A stretch of 64,000 bases of DNA, from the NCBI GenBank assembly GCA_024405635.1, contig JAKSOL010000013.1:1-64000 (forward strand), written 5' to 3'. Source of the DNA: Salinivirgaceae bacterium. Its GTDB lineage: Bacteria; Bacteroidota; Bacteroidia; Bacteroidales; SZUA-534. The first letter of the stretch is position 1. Each line of letters opens with the position of its first letter. A program made the position numbers and the translations under genes. This document shows positions 9,624-19,520 of this stretch, one piece after another. The notes under the pieces were generated by a model. That model made no database searches. It saw only the letters and a list, made by a program, of their open reading frames with translations, and had not been told where the DNA came from.

Positions 9624-11084
9624 ATGAACAACAATCTATCAAACTTAAAACCAGAGTCGGTATGGAACTACTTTTACCAACTCACACAAATACCAAGACC
9701 ATCAAAGCACGAAGAAAAAGTGCAAGAGTTTATGCTAAACTTTGGCAAAAGTCTTGGTTTAGAGACTATTAAAGACGAAATAGGCAACATAATAATTCGC
9801 AAGCCAGCCACCGCTGGAATGGAAAACTGCAAAGGCGTAATTCTGCAAGCGCATCTTGACATGGTGCCACAAGCCAACAGCAACAAAGTTCACAACTTTA
9901 AAACCGACCCAATAAACGCATACATTGATGGCGAATGGGTAACCGCCGACGGCACCACACTTGGCGCCGACAACGGAATAGGAGTTGCCACAGCAATGGC
10001 AATTTTGGCATCAACCAACATTGAACACGGACCAATTGAAGCCCTATTTACCATTGACGAAGAAACTGGAATGACAGGCGCCAACAACCTTAAACCAAAC
10101 GTACTTAAAGGCAACATTTTGCTAAACCTTGACTACGAAGACGAAGGCGAACTTTGCGTAGGATGCGCAGGTGGAATAAATGCCAAATTTACATTTGACG
10201 CTAAACTAAAAACCGCCCCACTATACCACGTTGCCTATAGCCTATCAATAACAGGATTGAAAGGCGGACACTCAGGTATAGACATTGCGCTTGGCAGAGC
10301 AAATGCAAACAAACTTATGTTCCGATTGCTAACCAAAATGATTAGAGAATACCACATTTTGATTGACAAAATTGACTGCGGAAACATGCGCAACGCTATA
10401 CCTCGCGAGGCTTTTGTAACCGTTTTGGTTCCCGATAGTTTGGTTAAAAGTTTTACAAGCGATGTTATTGAATTTGAAAAAACAGTAAAAGCCGAATACG
10501 CATCGGCCGACCCCGACTTGACAATAAAACTTGAAGCTATTGACATGCCTAGCGAAGTTGTTTCCGATGGTGTTGGTAGCCGACTTGCAAAATCGGTTTT
10601 TGCTTGCCCCGACGGTGTTATTCGCATGAGTCCCGATGTGCCAGGACTAGTTGAAACATCAACCAACCTTGCCATAGTAAAACGCAACTGTAATAAAATT
10701 GAAGTTTGCTGTTTGCTACGCTCGTCAGTCGATTCGGCAAAACAAGCACTTGCCGACCAAATGCAATGCATATTTGAAATGGCCGAAGCCGAATGCGAAT
10801 TTGACGGAGCTTATCCAGGTTGGAAACCCAACATGAATTCAGAAATACTTGATGTGATGCGCAAAACGTCAAAAGAGATTTTTGGACACGAAGCCGAAGT
10901 TAAAGCCGTCCACGCAGGTTTAGAGTGCGGCATTATGGGCGCTCAATACCCAAATTGGGACATGGTAGCCTTTGGCCCAACTTTGCGTCACCCACACTCA
11001 CCCGACGAAAAAGTGAACATTGCATCAGTTGAGCGTTTCTTCAATTGGGTCGTTCTAACATTAAAAAATATTCCTGCATTATAA
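9624..11084 (+). CDS. pepD: Cytosolic dipeptidase PepD (M20C)
   Basis: QAHLDMV, GADNGIG, DEETGM, GGHSG, HAGLECG, HSPDE. Confidence 0.92.
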   Translation: MNNNLSNLKPESVWNYFYQLTQIPRPSKHEEKVQEFMLNFGKSLGLETIKDEIGNIIIRKPATAGMENCKGVILQAHLDMVPQANSNKVHNFKTDPINAYIDGEWVTADGTTLGADNGIGVATAMAILASTNIEHGPIEALFTIDEETGMTGANNLKPNVLKGNILLNLDYEDEGELCVGCAGGINAKFTFDAKLKTAPLYHVAYSLSITGLKGGHSGIDIALGRANANKLMFRLLTKMIREYHILIDKIDCGNMRNAIPREAFVTVLVPDSLVKSFTSDVIEFEKTVKAEYASADPDLTIKLEAIDMPSEVVSDGVGSRLAKSVFACPDGVIRMSPDVPGLVETSTNLAIVKRNCNKIEVCCLLRSSVDSAKQALADQMQCIFEMAEAECEFDGAYPGWKPNMNSEILDVMRKTSKEIFGHEAEVKAVHAGLECGIMGAQYPNWDMVAFGPTLRHPHSPDEKVNIASVERFFNWVVLTLKNIPAL

Positions 11085-11113
11085 ACTTTTGATAATTAAA
11101 ACATTACGAAAAC

Positions 11114-12478
11114 ATGCAAGTTAAATTAAGTAATACGCCAGCAATGCGTTGGACCGCGCTAATAATTGTATCGGTAGCCATGATGTTTGGCTACTTTTTT
11201 ACCGATGTCATGTCGCCACTTGAGCCATTACTAACCGCAGCAAAAGGCAGCGAAGGCGGACTTGGTCTTGGTTGGTCGTCGCTCGAATATGGTTTTTTCA
11301 GCGGTGCCTATGGTTTAATGAACGTTTACTTGTTGCTGTTGTTTTTTGGCGGCATCATTCTCGACAAATATGGAATTCGATTCACAGGACTCACAAGCAC
11401 ACTGCTGATGTTTGTTGGAGCCATTGTTAAATGGTACGCAGTTAAAGGCAACTTTGAAGGCACAATGTGGGTTCCATTTGGAGGCGAATGTCAAATGCAA
11501 GTAGTGCTTGCCAGCCTTGGTTTTGCCATATTTGGCGTTGGTTGCGAAATTGCAGGAATTACAGTAAGTAAAGTAATTGTAAAATGGTTTACTGGCCACG
11601 AGTTGGCTTTAGCTATGGGTTTGCAAGTTGCATTAGCCCGAATAGGTACAGCTGTTGCACTTGGTGCATCACTACCAATTGCACGCGCATTTGGCGGCGT
11701 TTCAGCTTCAGTTGGTCTTGGAGCTGCATGCCTATGCATTGGTGTAATTGCATTTTTGGTTTACAACGTAATGGACAAAAAAGAAGATGCAGCAACTGCA
11801 GCAAACGGCTCAACCGAAGTTGACGAAGGTTTTAAATTTGCCGATCTTAAAATTCTATTCCTCAACAAAGGATTCTGGTTCATTACCCTACTCTGCCTAA
11901 TGTTTTACGCTGGAGTATTTCCGTTCTTAAAATTTGCGACCAAACTGATGGTTTTCAAATACAATGTTAATCCCGATTTAGCAGGTCTTATTCCTGCTAT
12001 GCTACCATTTGGAACCATATTCCTTACACCGTTTTTTGGTGGCATTTACGACAAATACGGACGTGGTGCAACATTAATGATTATTGGTTCGGTGTTGCTT
12101 ACTTTGGTGCACATAACATTTGCCTTGCCTGTATCGAGTGTAATATTGGCCATTTCGGTAATGATAGTGCTTGGCGTTGCCTTTGGTTTGGTTCCATCGG
12201 CAATGTGGCCTTCGGTGCCAAAAATTATTCCTATGAAATTGTTAGGCACTGCCTATGCAGTAATTTTTTACATTCAAAACATAGGATTGTCAATGGTTCC
12301 AATGCTTATTGGTTCAGTTAACGAAAAAAATACCGATGCATCTGGAGTTATTAACTACACCGATTCAATGACCATTTTTGCTGCATTTGGTGCAATTGCG
12401 GTTGTTATTTCGGTTTTACTTTTAATTGAAGACAAAAAGAAAGGCTATGGTCTTGAAGAGGCCAACATTAAAAAATAA
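11114..12478 (+). CDS. MFS transporter, MFSD1-like
   Basis: About 12 hydrophobic segments; GGIILDKYGIR, KWFTGHELALAMGLQVALARIG, MWPSVPKIIPMKLLGTAY..IQNIGL. Confidence 0.8.
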   Translation: MQVKLSNTPAMRWTALIIVSVAMMFGYFFTDVMSPLEPLLTAAKGSEGGLGLGWSSLEYGFFSGAYGLMNVYLLLLFFGGIILDKYGIRFTGLTSTLLMFVGAIVKWYAVKGNFEGTMWVPFGGECQMQVVLASLGFAIFGVGCEIAGITVSKVIVKWFTGHELALAMGLQVALARIGTAVALGASLPIARAFGGVSASVGLGAACLCIGVIAFLVYNVMDKKEDAATAANGSTEVDEGFKFADLKILFLNKGFWFITLLCLMFYAGVFPFLKFATKLMVFKYNVNPDLAGLIPAMLPFGTIFLTPFFGGIYDKYGRGATLMIIGSVLLTLVHITFALPVSSVILAISVMIVLGVAFGLVPSAMWPSVPKIIPMKLLGTAYAVIFYIQNIGLSMVPMLIGSVNEKNTDASGVINYTDSMTIFAAFGAIAVVISVLLLIEDKKKGYGLEEANIKK

Positions 12479-12502
12479 CCTTTTAGTTCACCATTAAATA
12501 AG

Positions 12503-12530
12503 AAAGGCAGAATTATGTTCTGCCTTTTTT
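12503..12530 (+). terminator. Intrinsic terminator of the dpp-pepD-MFS operon
   Basis: AAAGGCAGAA...TTCTGCCTTTTTT. Confidence 0.8.
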
Positions 12531-12561
12531 GCATCAGCTAAAAACGAAAAAAGTCGTTTAT

Positions 12562-12595
12562 AAAAAAGCACCCGACCAAATGGCCAGGTGCTTTT
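12562..12595 (-). terminator. Intrinsic terminator of pta
   Basis: AAAAAAGCACC...GGTGCTTTT. Confidence 0.7.
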
Positions 12596-12614
12596 AATAT
12601 TTATGCTAATGCGA

Positions 12615-13613
12615 TTAAATTGCTTGGTTTGCAGTAATTGCAATCACATTTACAATATCCTCAACCGAGCATCCGCGCGACAAATCGTTTACAGGAGCTG
12701 CCATGCCTTGAAGAATTGGTCCATAAGCCTCAGCGCCAGCCAAGCGTTGAACTAGTTTGTAGCAGATATTGCCAACTTCCAACGAAGGGAACACAAGTAC
12801 ATTTGCTTGTCCTGCAATATCGCTGTTTGGTGCTTTCTTTTTAGCTACTGTTGGAACAAGAGCAGCATCGGCTTGCAACTCGCCATCAATTTTCATATCT
12901 GGAGCCATTTCTTTAGCCATGTTTGTAGCCTCAATCACCTTATCAACCATTTCGTGTTTTGCACTTCCTTTAGTCGAGAAACTTAGAATTGCCACTTTAG
13001 GATCGTCAATTCCTGCAAGCACTTTGGCAGTACGACCTGTTTCAACCGCAATACCGGCCAACTCTTTTGCAGTTGGATTTGGAGTTACAGCGCAATCGGC
13101 AAAAACCATTATACCATCTTGGCCATAGGTTTTGTCCTTCATTACCATAAGGAATGCACCCGAAACGGTGGTTACACCTTGTTTGGTTTTTATAATTTGA
13201 AAAGCAGGACGAAGAACATCGCTAGTTGCATTATCGGCACCAGCAACCTCGCCATCGGCTTGTCCCATTTTTACCATCATCGAACCCAAATAAAGAGGAT
13301 TTTTTAGCATTGCCTCAGCTTGTTCAATAGTCAAGCCTTTGTTTTTACGCAAATCGTAAAGTTTATCAATGTATTGTTGACGCTCTGGAAAATCATCGGG
13401 ATCAACAATGCGAGCCTTACCTATGTTTTTCAAACCAAACTCGTTTGCCTTGGCTTCAATATCGGCAGGTTTGCCAATCAACACAATGTTTGCAATTCCT
13501 TGCGCAAGCACGGCATCAGCGGCCTTAATAGTACGTTCTTCGTAGCCCTCGGGCAACACAATGGTACGTGTATTTTGCTTTGCCCTCTCTCTAATTTGAT
13601 CAATAATATTCAT
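12615..13613 (-). CDS. pta: Phosphate acetyltransferase
   Basis: IVLPEG, FADCAV, LSFSTKGS, DGELQADAA, GNICYK, NDLSRGC. Confidence 0.95.
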   Translation of the reverse strand: MNIIDQIRERAKQNTRTIVLPEGYEERTIKAADAVLAQGIANIVLIGKPADIEAKANEFGLKNIGKARIVDPDDFPERQQYIDKLYDLRKNKGLTIEQAEAMLKNPLYLGSMMVKMGQADGEVAGADNATSDVLRPAFQIIKTKQGVTTVSGAFLMVMKDKTYGQDGIMVFADCAVTPNPTAKELAGIAVETGRTAKVLAGIDDPKVAILSFSTKGSAKHEMVDKVIEATNMAKEMAPDMKIDGELQADAALVPTVAKKKAPNSDIAGQANVLVFPSLEVGNICYKLVQRLAGAEAYGPILQGMAAPVNDLSRGCSVEDIVNVIAITANQAI

Positions 13614-13650
13614 CTGCTTTATGTTTTAGTTCGATATTTTTAAAGTATCG

Positions 13651-13699
13651 CAAACTTAAAATTTTTCGCCGTTTTATTTGGCGGCAATCCTTAATTTTG
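13651..13699. promoter_or_regulatory. Divergent -7 elements for pta and xerD
   Basis: TAAGTTTG on - strand (13651-13658) and TAATTTTG on + strand (13692-13699). Confidence 0.6.
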
Positions 13700-13724
13700 A
13701 AGGTCATTTATAATAATCTGCATT

Positions 13725-14630
13725 ATGATTTGGGAAGAGACAATTGAAGGTTATAGGAGCTACCTAAAATTGGAAAAATCGCTTTCGGCAAACACTGTTG
13801 AAGCCTATTTGAAAGACATTCGCAAATTGGCAGGATGGCTAATAAGCCGGCCTGGTGTTGCTCCAAAAATGCCAGAACTGGTTACACAAAACGACATTGT
13901 TCAGTTCATAAACACAATAAACGAAAAGGATATGAGCGTGAACTCGCAGGCTCGAATATTATCTGGCATCCGCTCGTTTTTCAAGTACTTGCAATTGCAC
14001 GACATTATTGAAATTGACCCCACCGCACTTATTGAAACGCCAAAAAACGGACGCCATTTACCCGAAGTGCTGTCGCCACAAGAGGTTGAAGACTTAATTA
14101 TGGCTGTTGACTTGAGCAGCGAAACTGGATATCGAAATCGCGCCATTTTAGAAACACTTTATGGTTGTGGCATCCGCGTATCAGAACTTGTTACGCTACG
14201 AATTACCGACATTCATTTTGACGACAATTTTATAAAAGTGAAAGGTAAAGGCAGCAAAGAGCGACTTGTTCCTCTTGGCGGCAAAGCAAAAGATGCCATT
14301 AGAGACTATATGCGTTACTACCGCTCTACTCTGAACATTTATTACAAAGACGAGAATATTTTGTTTTTGAATCGCCGCGGCAAAATGCTCACAAGAGTTA
14401 TGATTTTTACAATTATTAAAGATTTGGCCGAAAAAATAGACCTAAAGAAAACCATAAGTCCACACACTTTTCGCCACTCGTTTGCTACTCATTTACTTGA
14501 GGGCGGAGCCGACTTGCGCGCCATACAAGAGATGCTTGGCCACGAATCGATAACCACAACAGAGATTTACACTCACATAAACAAAGATTTTTTGCGCGAC
14601 ACCATTCTAAGGTTTCATCCTCGTTCGTAA
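13725..14630 (+). CDS. xerD: Site-specific tyrosine recombinase XerD
   Basis: YGCGIRVSEL, KGKGSKER, HTFRHSFATHLL, LGHESITTTEIY. Confidence 0.85.
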   Translation: MIWEETIEGYRSYLKLEKSLSANTVEAYLKDIRKLAGWLISRPGVAPKMPELVTQNDIVQFINTINEKDMSVNSQARILSGIRSFFKYLQLHDIIEIDPTALIETPKNGRHLPEVLSPQEVEDLIMAVDLSSETGYRNRAILETLYGCGIRVSELVTLRITDIHFDDNFIKVKGKGSKERLVPLGGKAKDAIRDYMRYYRSTLNIYYKDENILFLNRRGKMLTRVMIFTIIKDLAEKIDLKKTISPHTFRHSFATHLLEGGADLRAIQEMLGHESITTTEIYTHINKDFLRDTILRFHPRS

Positions 14631-14708
14631 TTGCATACAACTAAAAAACAACGTCTTACAAACTTTGGCTCGCAATTTTATCAATAATAAAAATCAACGA
14701 TTATAAAC

Positions 14709-14716
14709 TACCTTTG
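14709..14716 (+). promoter_or_regulatory. -7 element for truA
   Basis: TACCTTTG. Confidence 0.6.
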
Positions 14717-14736
14717 CAGCAAAATTAAATATCACT

Positions 14737-15528
14737 ATGTCACGATTCAAAATAACAATAGAATACGACGGCGGCCGATATGCAGGCTGGCAAGTTCAAC
14801 GAGGCGAAAAGACCATTCAAGGCGCTTTTTTTGATGCTTGCAAAAAATTATTTGGCGAGGGCAAAAAGTTCGAATTTTTTGGTTCGGGCCGCACCGATGC
14901 TGGAGTTCATGCGCTGGCTCAAATTGCCCACCTTGATGTTGACACAACATTCAGCACCGAGCGCATTCGCATGGGATTAAACGATGGGTTGCCATACGAC
15001 ATAAATGTGCTAAAAGTTGAACGTGCTCCTGAAACTTTCCATGCTCGCCACGACGCTGTTGAACGTAGCTATGTTTATTTAATTTCAAAACGCCGCACTG
15101 CTTTTGGCAAAAGCAACATTTGGTGGATAAAAGATCACTTAGACTATAACGAGATGCGCAAAGCTGCACTAGTAATGCGCGGACGCCACGATTATGCTTC
15201 ATTTACCGACAAAGAAGCCGAAACAACTTCGACCATTGTAAATATTACAGGTGTTGACCTATACGAAACCGAAGATTTGATTGCAATACATATAACAGGA
15301 TCGCACTTTTTATGGAAAATGGTTAGACGTATGGTGGGTATTTTGGTTGAAGTTGGGCGTAACAACATCACTCCTGAAGATGTGGAAAAGATGCTTGAGA
15401 AATATTCAAGCGAACCAGCACGTCGCACTGCGCCCGCTTCGGGTCTTTACCTTGAACGTGTTTACTACAAAGGTGAGCCTACCGAACGTGGTCGTCACAT
15501 TGTTCCGCAAATTTTAAGACTAAAATAG
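14737..15528 (+). CDS. truA: tRNA pseudouridine(38-40) synthase
   Basis: EYDGGRYAGWQ, GSGRTDAGVHA, FHARHDA, FLWKMVRRMVG. Confidence 0.92.
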   Translation: MSRFKITIEYDGGRYAGWQVQRGEKTIQGAFFDACKKLFGEGKKFEFFGSGRTDAGVHALAQIAHLDVDTTFSTERIRMGLNDGLPYDINVLKVERAPETFHARHDAVERSYVYLISKRRTAFGKSNIWWIKDHLDYNEMRKAALVMRGRHDYASFTDKEAETTSTIVNITGVDLYETEDLIAIHITGSHFLWKMVRRMVGILVEVGRNNITPEDVEKMLEKYSSEPARRTAPASGLYLERVYYKGEPTERGRHIVPQILRLK

Positions 15529-15551
15529 TTTAATCAACAAGTGATTAAAAC

Positions 15552-15593
15552 AACAAAAACGCCACCGTGATAATTTGCGGTGGCGTTTTTGTT
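15552..15593. terminator. Bidirectional intrinsic terminator
   Basis: AACAAAAACGCCACCG...CGGTGGCGTTTTTGTT. Confidence 0.85.
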
Positions 15594-15607
15594 AAAAATA
15601 TAGTAGA

Positions 15608-18187
15608 CTAAACTGCTACTTTTTCAAGCATAAAACTAAAGGTTGTGCCAATATTAACAGTACTCTCAACCTTTATTTCGGTATCGTTCATGTGCGCAAA
15701 TTGTTGGCACACAATTAAACCTAAGCCTGTGCCCTTCTCCTTGTTTACACCAAGTGTGGTAATTGGATGATTGGCATCAAACAACTTGTCAATCATATCT
15801 TGTTGCATGCCAACGCCTGTGTCCGATATTGAAACCTTTACATGGTTGTCGTCAACATTAGTAGCAACAACCGAAATGGTACCGCCGTCGTGAGTAAACT
15901 TTATTGCGTTACCTATAATGTTTCTAAAAATAGTCATAAGCATTGCACGATCGGCCCGTACAATACACTCATCGTCAATCTGTTGATTAACTTTAATGTG
16001 TTTGTCGCTCATGTTGCAGTTAAACAATTGCAAGGCCGTTATTGCAACATCTGAAAGTGGAAAATTCGATTTTACACAAGTTTGAATACCCGACTGAACA
16101 CGCGACCAGTCGAGCAAGTTTGACAACAAGCTAAAAATTTGCGTTGCCGACTCGTTAATAATTTTCAAATAACCGTAAATATCCTCCTTGCTATACGAGT
16201 CATAATACTCAAGCAACAATTCGGACATGCCAATTACGCCATTGAACGGATTTTTCAAGTCGTGAGCAAAAATGCAGAAGAATCGATTTTTTGCATCAAG
16301 CGCCTCTTTTAATTGGTCACGAGTTTTAATTAATTCTTTTTGCGACTTGCTAATTTCTGTAACATCAATTATAGTAATCATTCGGAATTGGTCATTTGCA
16401 ATAGCATTGGCCTCGGCACCAAGCGACATTACATAACACATAACTTCGTGAACCGACCCATCGGCATATTGTATTTCGCCAGGTTGATAAACGTATGGTT
16501 TGTCAATATTAAACTCGTCAGCCAAAATTTCGGTAAAATCCCACTGATTGTTGGTTTTTTGATTCAAATCGTGCAATGTATAATTTTCGATTTGGTTTGC
16601 TGGCAATCCGCAGGCCTTTACAAATGCGTTATTACATGCACATATAATTCCTTTTGAGTCAATTACAAATTCGACATTGGGTATTGAATTGAATATGGCC
16701 GACAAACCACGGAACACAATATCGCGACCCGAAATGGTGCTTTGCTTTGCTTTTTTTCGTTTTCTGCTTAACAGAATTGTATGCACCGATGCTATTAATA
16801 CAATTAACACCAAAAAGGAAATCACAATTGTCTTTATGTTTTGCATCCAATAGTGTTGCAAATTCATTTCGTTGTGATAAAAATTTATGTTTTGGTTAAA
16901 CTCAGAGTTCCGTGCTCTTGATTGAATTTGGCGATTGATATCAGATTCGGTACTAACATTAATAGGAGTAAACACACTATCACGAATATCGTTTATCAAC
17001 TTTACTGCACCAAGTTGATGACTATTGTCGCCCATTGTGCCGTATGCCATAGCCAATTCAAGCAAAACTGCCGTTTGCATATAAACGCTGTCGGTTTTTG
17101 AAATACTTGCATACGACTTTTTAAAACAATTAATAGCTTGTTGTGTGTTGCCTATATTCATGTACACTTTTCCCAAATTGAAATAGGCATTTGTTTGTTC
17201 AATTATGTTGCGTTTAACTTGACAAAAATCGATGCATCTGTTCAAGTATTTTATTGCCGAATCGGGTTCTTGTTGCCTAATGTATATTCTACCAATTATG
17301 CCCAAAAGTCGAATATTATTTGCTGTATCGGCCACACGAGTCGATAGTTTGTAGGCTCGTTTTAGATATGTTTGTGCATCATCGAATCTCAACTGTTCTT
17401 CGTACAATTCACCTATTTGCGAAAAAATATTCTTACGAATTTCAATATTCGAATCTTTGTACGACAGATTCATTGTTTTGAAAAAATACTCAAGCGACTT
17501 GCTGTAATAATGCAAGCTGCGGTATGCAACGCCAATAGCGTAATACACATTTATTTTATCAAAATAACCCGATATTTGGTTCGCCAATTCCTCGCAACGC
17601 AAATAAGCATACAAGGCTTCAGATGGTTCGCCAATTGATAAGTATATGTTTCCAAGTAACATAGTAGCATCTATTTGGTCTATTATGTTACCCATGTTCA
17701 TATACTCACGTATTGCCTTGTAAGCTACCTCAATTGCATTGATATTATCTTTTAAATTCACAAAATGTTGGCTACAACGAATATATAATTGTGCTACCAA
17801 TTTGCGATTTTTTATCGAGTTCAGTTTTTCATCGTTTCGCTCAATACAATTCTGAACTTGCTCATACACACCCACTTGTGCATACAAATCAACTGCCATT
17901 GACATAAATTCGCACCACAGTTCTTCGTCGGCTGAACTTTGCGCAAACAACTCAATTGCTTCATCAATATAGCACATTTGCTGATACACATCGCCTTGCT
18001 CCAATGTCACCAATTGCCTATAGCACTCGGCCTTCTGCTGAACACTACGAGCATTTTCCAACTCAACAATTAAACTATCTCTCTCTGTTACAAATTGTTG
18101 AGCTTGCAAAAAATGCGGAACTATCAGCATCTGCAAACCAATTAGCAATACCTTTATTCTATTAATAAAAACGCAATCCATCAGCAT
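15608..18187 (-). CDS. TPR-TM-PAS sensor histidine kinase (no response regulator in window)
   Basis: TPR repeats, one TM, PAS-like region; H-box AHDLKNP, N-box NIIGNAIKF, G1 DTGVG, G2 GTGLGL. Confidence 0.88.
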   Translation of the reverse strand: MLMDCVFINRIKVLLIGLQMLIVPHFLQAQQFVTERDSLIVELENARSVQQKAECYRQLVTLEQGDVYQQMCYIDEAIELFAQSSADEELWCEFMSMAVDLYAQVGVYEQVQNCIERNDEKLNSIKNRKLVAQLYIRCSQHFVNLKDNINAIEVAYKAIREYMNMGNIIDQIDATMLLGNIYLSIGEPSEALYAYLRCEELANQISGYFDKINVYYAIGVAYRSLHYYSKSLEYFFKTMNLSYKDSNIEIRKNIFSQIGELYEEQLRFDDAQTYLKRAYKLSTRVADTANNIRLLGIIGRIYIRQQEPDSAIKYLNRCIDFCQVKRNIIEQTNAYFNLGKVYMNIGNTQQAINCFKKSYASISKTDSVYMQTAVLLELAMAYGTMGDNSHQLGAVKLINDIRDSVFTPINVSTESDINRQIQSRARNSEFNQNINFYHNEMNLQHYWMQNIKTIVISFLVLIVLIASVHTILLSRKRKKAKQSTISGRDIVFRGLSAIFNSIPNVEFVIDSKGIICACNNAFVKACGLPANQIENYTLHDLNQKTNNQWDFTEILADEFNIDKPYVYQPGEIQYADGSVHEVMCYVMSLGAEANAIANDQFRMITIIDVTEISKSQKELIKTRDQLKEALDAKNRFFCIFAHDLKNPFNGVIGMSELLLEYYDSYSKEDIYGYLKIINESATQIFSLLSNLLDWSRVQSGIQTCVKSNFPLSDVAITALQLFNCNMSDKHIKVNQQIDDECIVRADRAMLMTIFRNIIGNAIKFTHDGGTISVVATNVDDNHVKVSISDTGVGMQQDMIDKLFDANHPITTLGVNKEKGTGLGLIVCQQFAHMNDTEIKVESTVNIGTTFSFMLEKVAV

Positions 18188-18230
18188 TTATATAGTTTGT
18201 TAAAACTATGATATTTTCACGTCATAACAA

Positions 18231-18761
18231 TTAAAAAAAGCCATTTGATGTTTCATTAGTAATTGTATGATTTTTAGGCATTTCCCAAACTTCAAGATTT
18301 TCAATTTTGTTGCCATCAATAGTAAACCTAAGCATTGTGCGAACCATGTGAAAACCAAATAAACCGGCCGCACCGGGATTCATATGCATGCAGTTTAATT
18401 GCTTGTCAAACATCACTTTTAATATGTGCGAATGTCCACTAATAAACAATTGAGGCTTTTCTTCTCTTATTTTTTTTGCAATTCCCAGACTATATCGACC
18501 TGGATATCCACCAATATGTGTCATTAGAACCTTAACATCTTCAATGTTAAAAATCACGCACTGAGGTAGTTTAGTCCGCATTTCAGCATCATCAATGTTA
18601 CCAAAAACAGCTACCGTAGGTTTATAATTTTGCAACTGGTTCAAAACATTGACATTTCCTACATCGCCAGCGTGAATCACCATATCGGCAGGCTCAATAA
18701 ATTTGAGCATTTTGTCGTCGATGTGCGAGTGTGTATCCGATAGAAGAACAATTTTTTGCAT
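18231..18761 (-). CDS. YfcE-like metallophosphoesterase
   Basis: SDTH, HAGD, GNID, GHSH, NPG. Confidence 0.88.
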   Translation of the reverse strand: MQKIVLLSDTHSHIDDKMLKFIEPADMVIHAGDVGNVNVLNQLQNYKPTVAVFGNIDDAEMRTKLPQCVIFNIEDVKVLMTHIGGYPGRYSLGIAKKIREEKPQLFISGHSHILKVMFDKQLNCMHMNPGAAGLFGFHMVRTMLRFTIDGNKIENLEVWEMPKNHTITNETSNGFF

Positions 18762-18766
18762 ATGCC

Positions 18767-18794
18767 CAAAAGTAACTTGCTAAACTTATATTTG
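18767..18794. promoter_or_regulatory. Back-to-back divergent -7 elements
   Basis: TACTTTTG on - strand (18767-18774) and TATATTTG on + strand (18787-18794). Confidence 0.65.
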
Positions 18795-18812
18795 CGCAAA
18801 AAAATTAACGAT

Positions 18813-19520
18813 ATGCACATTTTCTATACCCCCAATGTCAATGGAAATAGCTACACGCTTTCAGAAGAAGAATCAAAACACTGTGTAAAGGTTTTAAGAT
18901 TAACACCAGGCAGCCAACTACTTATGGTTGACGGCATTGGCAACCTTTATCAAGGACACATAACCGATGCCAACGCAAAGCACTGCACCATTGGCATCGA
19001 TAGCGTACAGCATAATTTTGGCAAACGCCCATTTTCAATTCACATTGCAATGGCGCCAACCAAAAACATTGAGCGATTTGAATGGTTTTTAGAAAAAGCC
19101 GTAGAAATTGGCATCGACAAAATAACACCATTGCTAACTCAACACTCTGAGCGAAAAGTAGTAAACACCGACCGCCTTGAAAAGATTATTATGTCGGCAA
19201 TGAAACAATCAATAAAAGCTTACAAACCAGAACTTGGCCCTCTTACCGATTTTAGCACATTTATAAAAGAGCAACAAAACGGAGCCAAGTTAATTGCCCA
19301 TTGCATCGACACTCCCAAACCACTTCTAAAAAACGTACTGGCCAACTATTCCGAATTCACTATTTTAATTGGTCCCGAAGGCGATTTTTCGCCAGAAGAG
19401 GTTGCACTTGCAAAACAATATGGCTACACCGATATCAGTCTTGGCAAAAGCCGATTACGAACAGAAACTGCTGGTGTTGTTGCTTGCCACACTGTGAATG
19501 TGATTAAAGAGGATGAGTAA
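18813..19520 (+). CDS. rsmE: 16S rRNA m3U1498 methyltransferase
   Basis: HCVKVLR, EKAVEIG, IGPEGDF, LRTETAG; start moved to ATG 18813 downstream of the promoter. Confidence 0.92.
   Translation: MHIFYTPNVNGNSYTLSEEESKHCVKVLRLTPGSQLLMVDGIGNLYQGHITDANAKHCTIGIDSVQHNFGKRPFSIHIAMAPTKNIERFEWFLEKAVEIGIDKITPLLTQHSERKVVNTDRLEKIIMSAMKQSIKAYKPELGPLTDFSTFIKEQQNGAKLIAHCIDTPKPLLKNVLANYSEFTILIGPEGDFSPEEVALAKQYGYTDISLGKSRLRTETAGVVACHTVNVIKEDE

Noticed and set aside
13725-14630. Tyrosine recombinase as a prophage or island integrase
   Set aside because: XerD-like length and motifs, housekeeping neighbours, no att repeats or cargo seen
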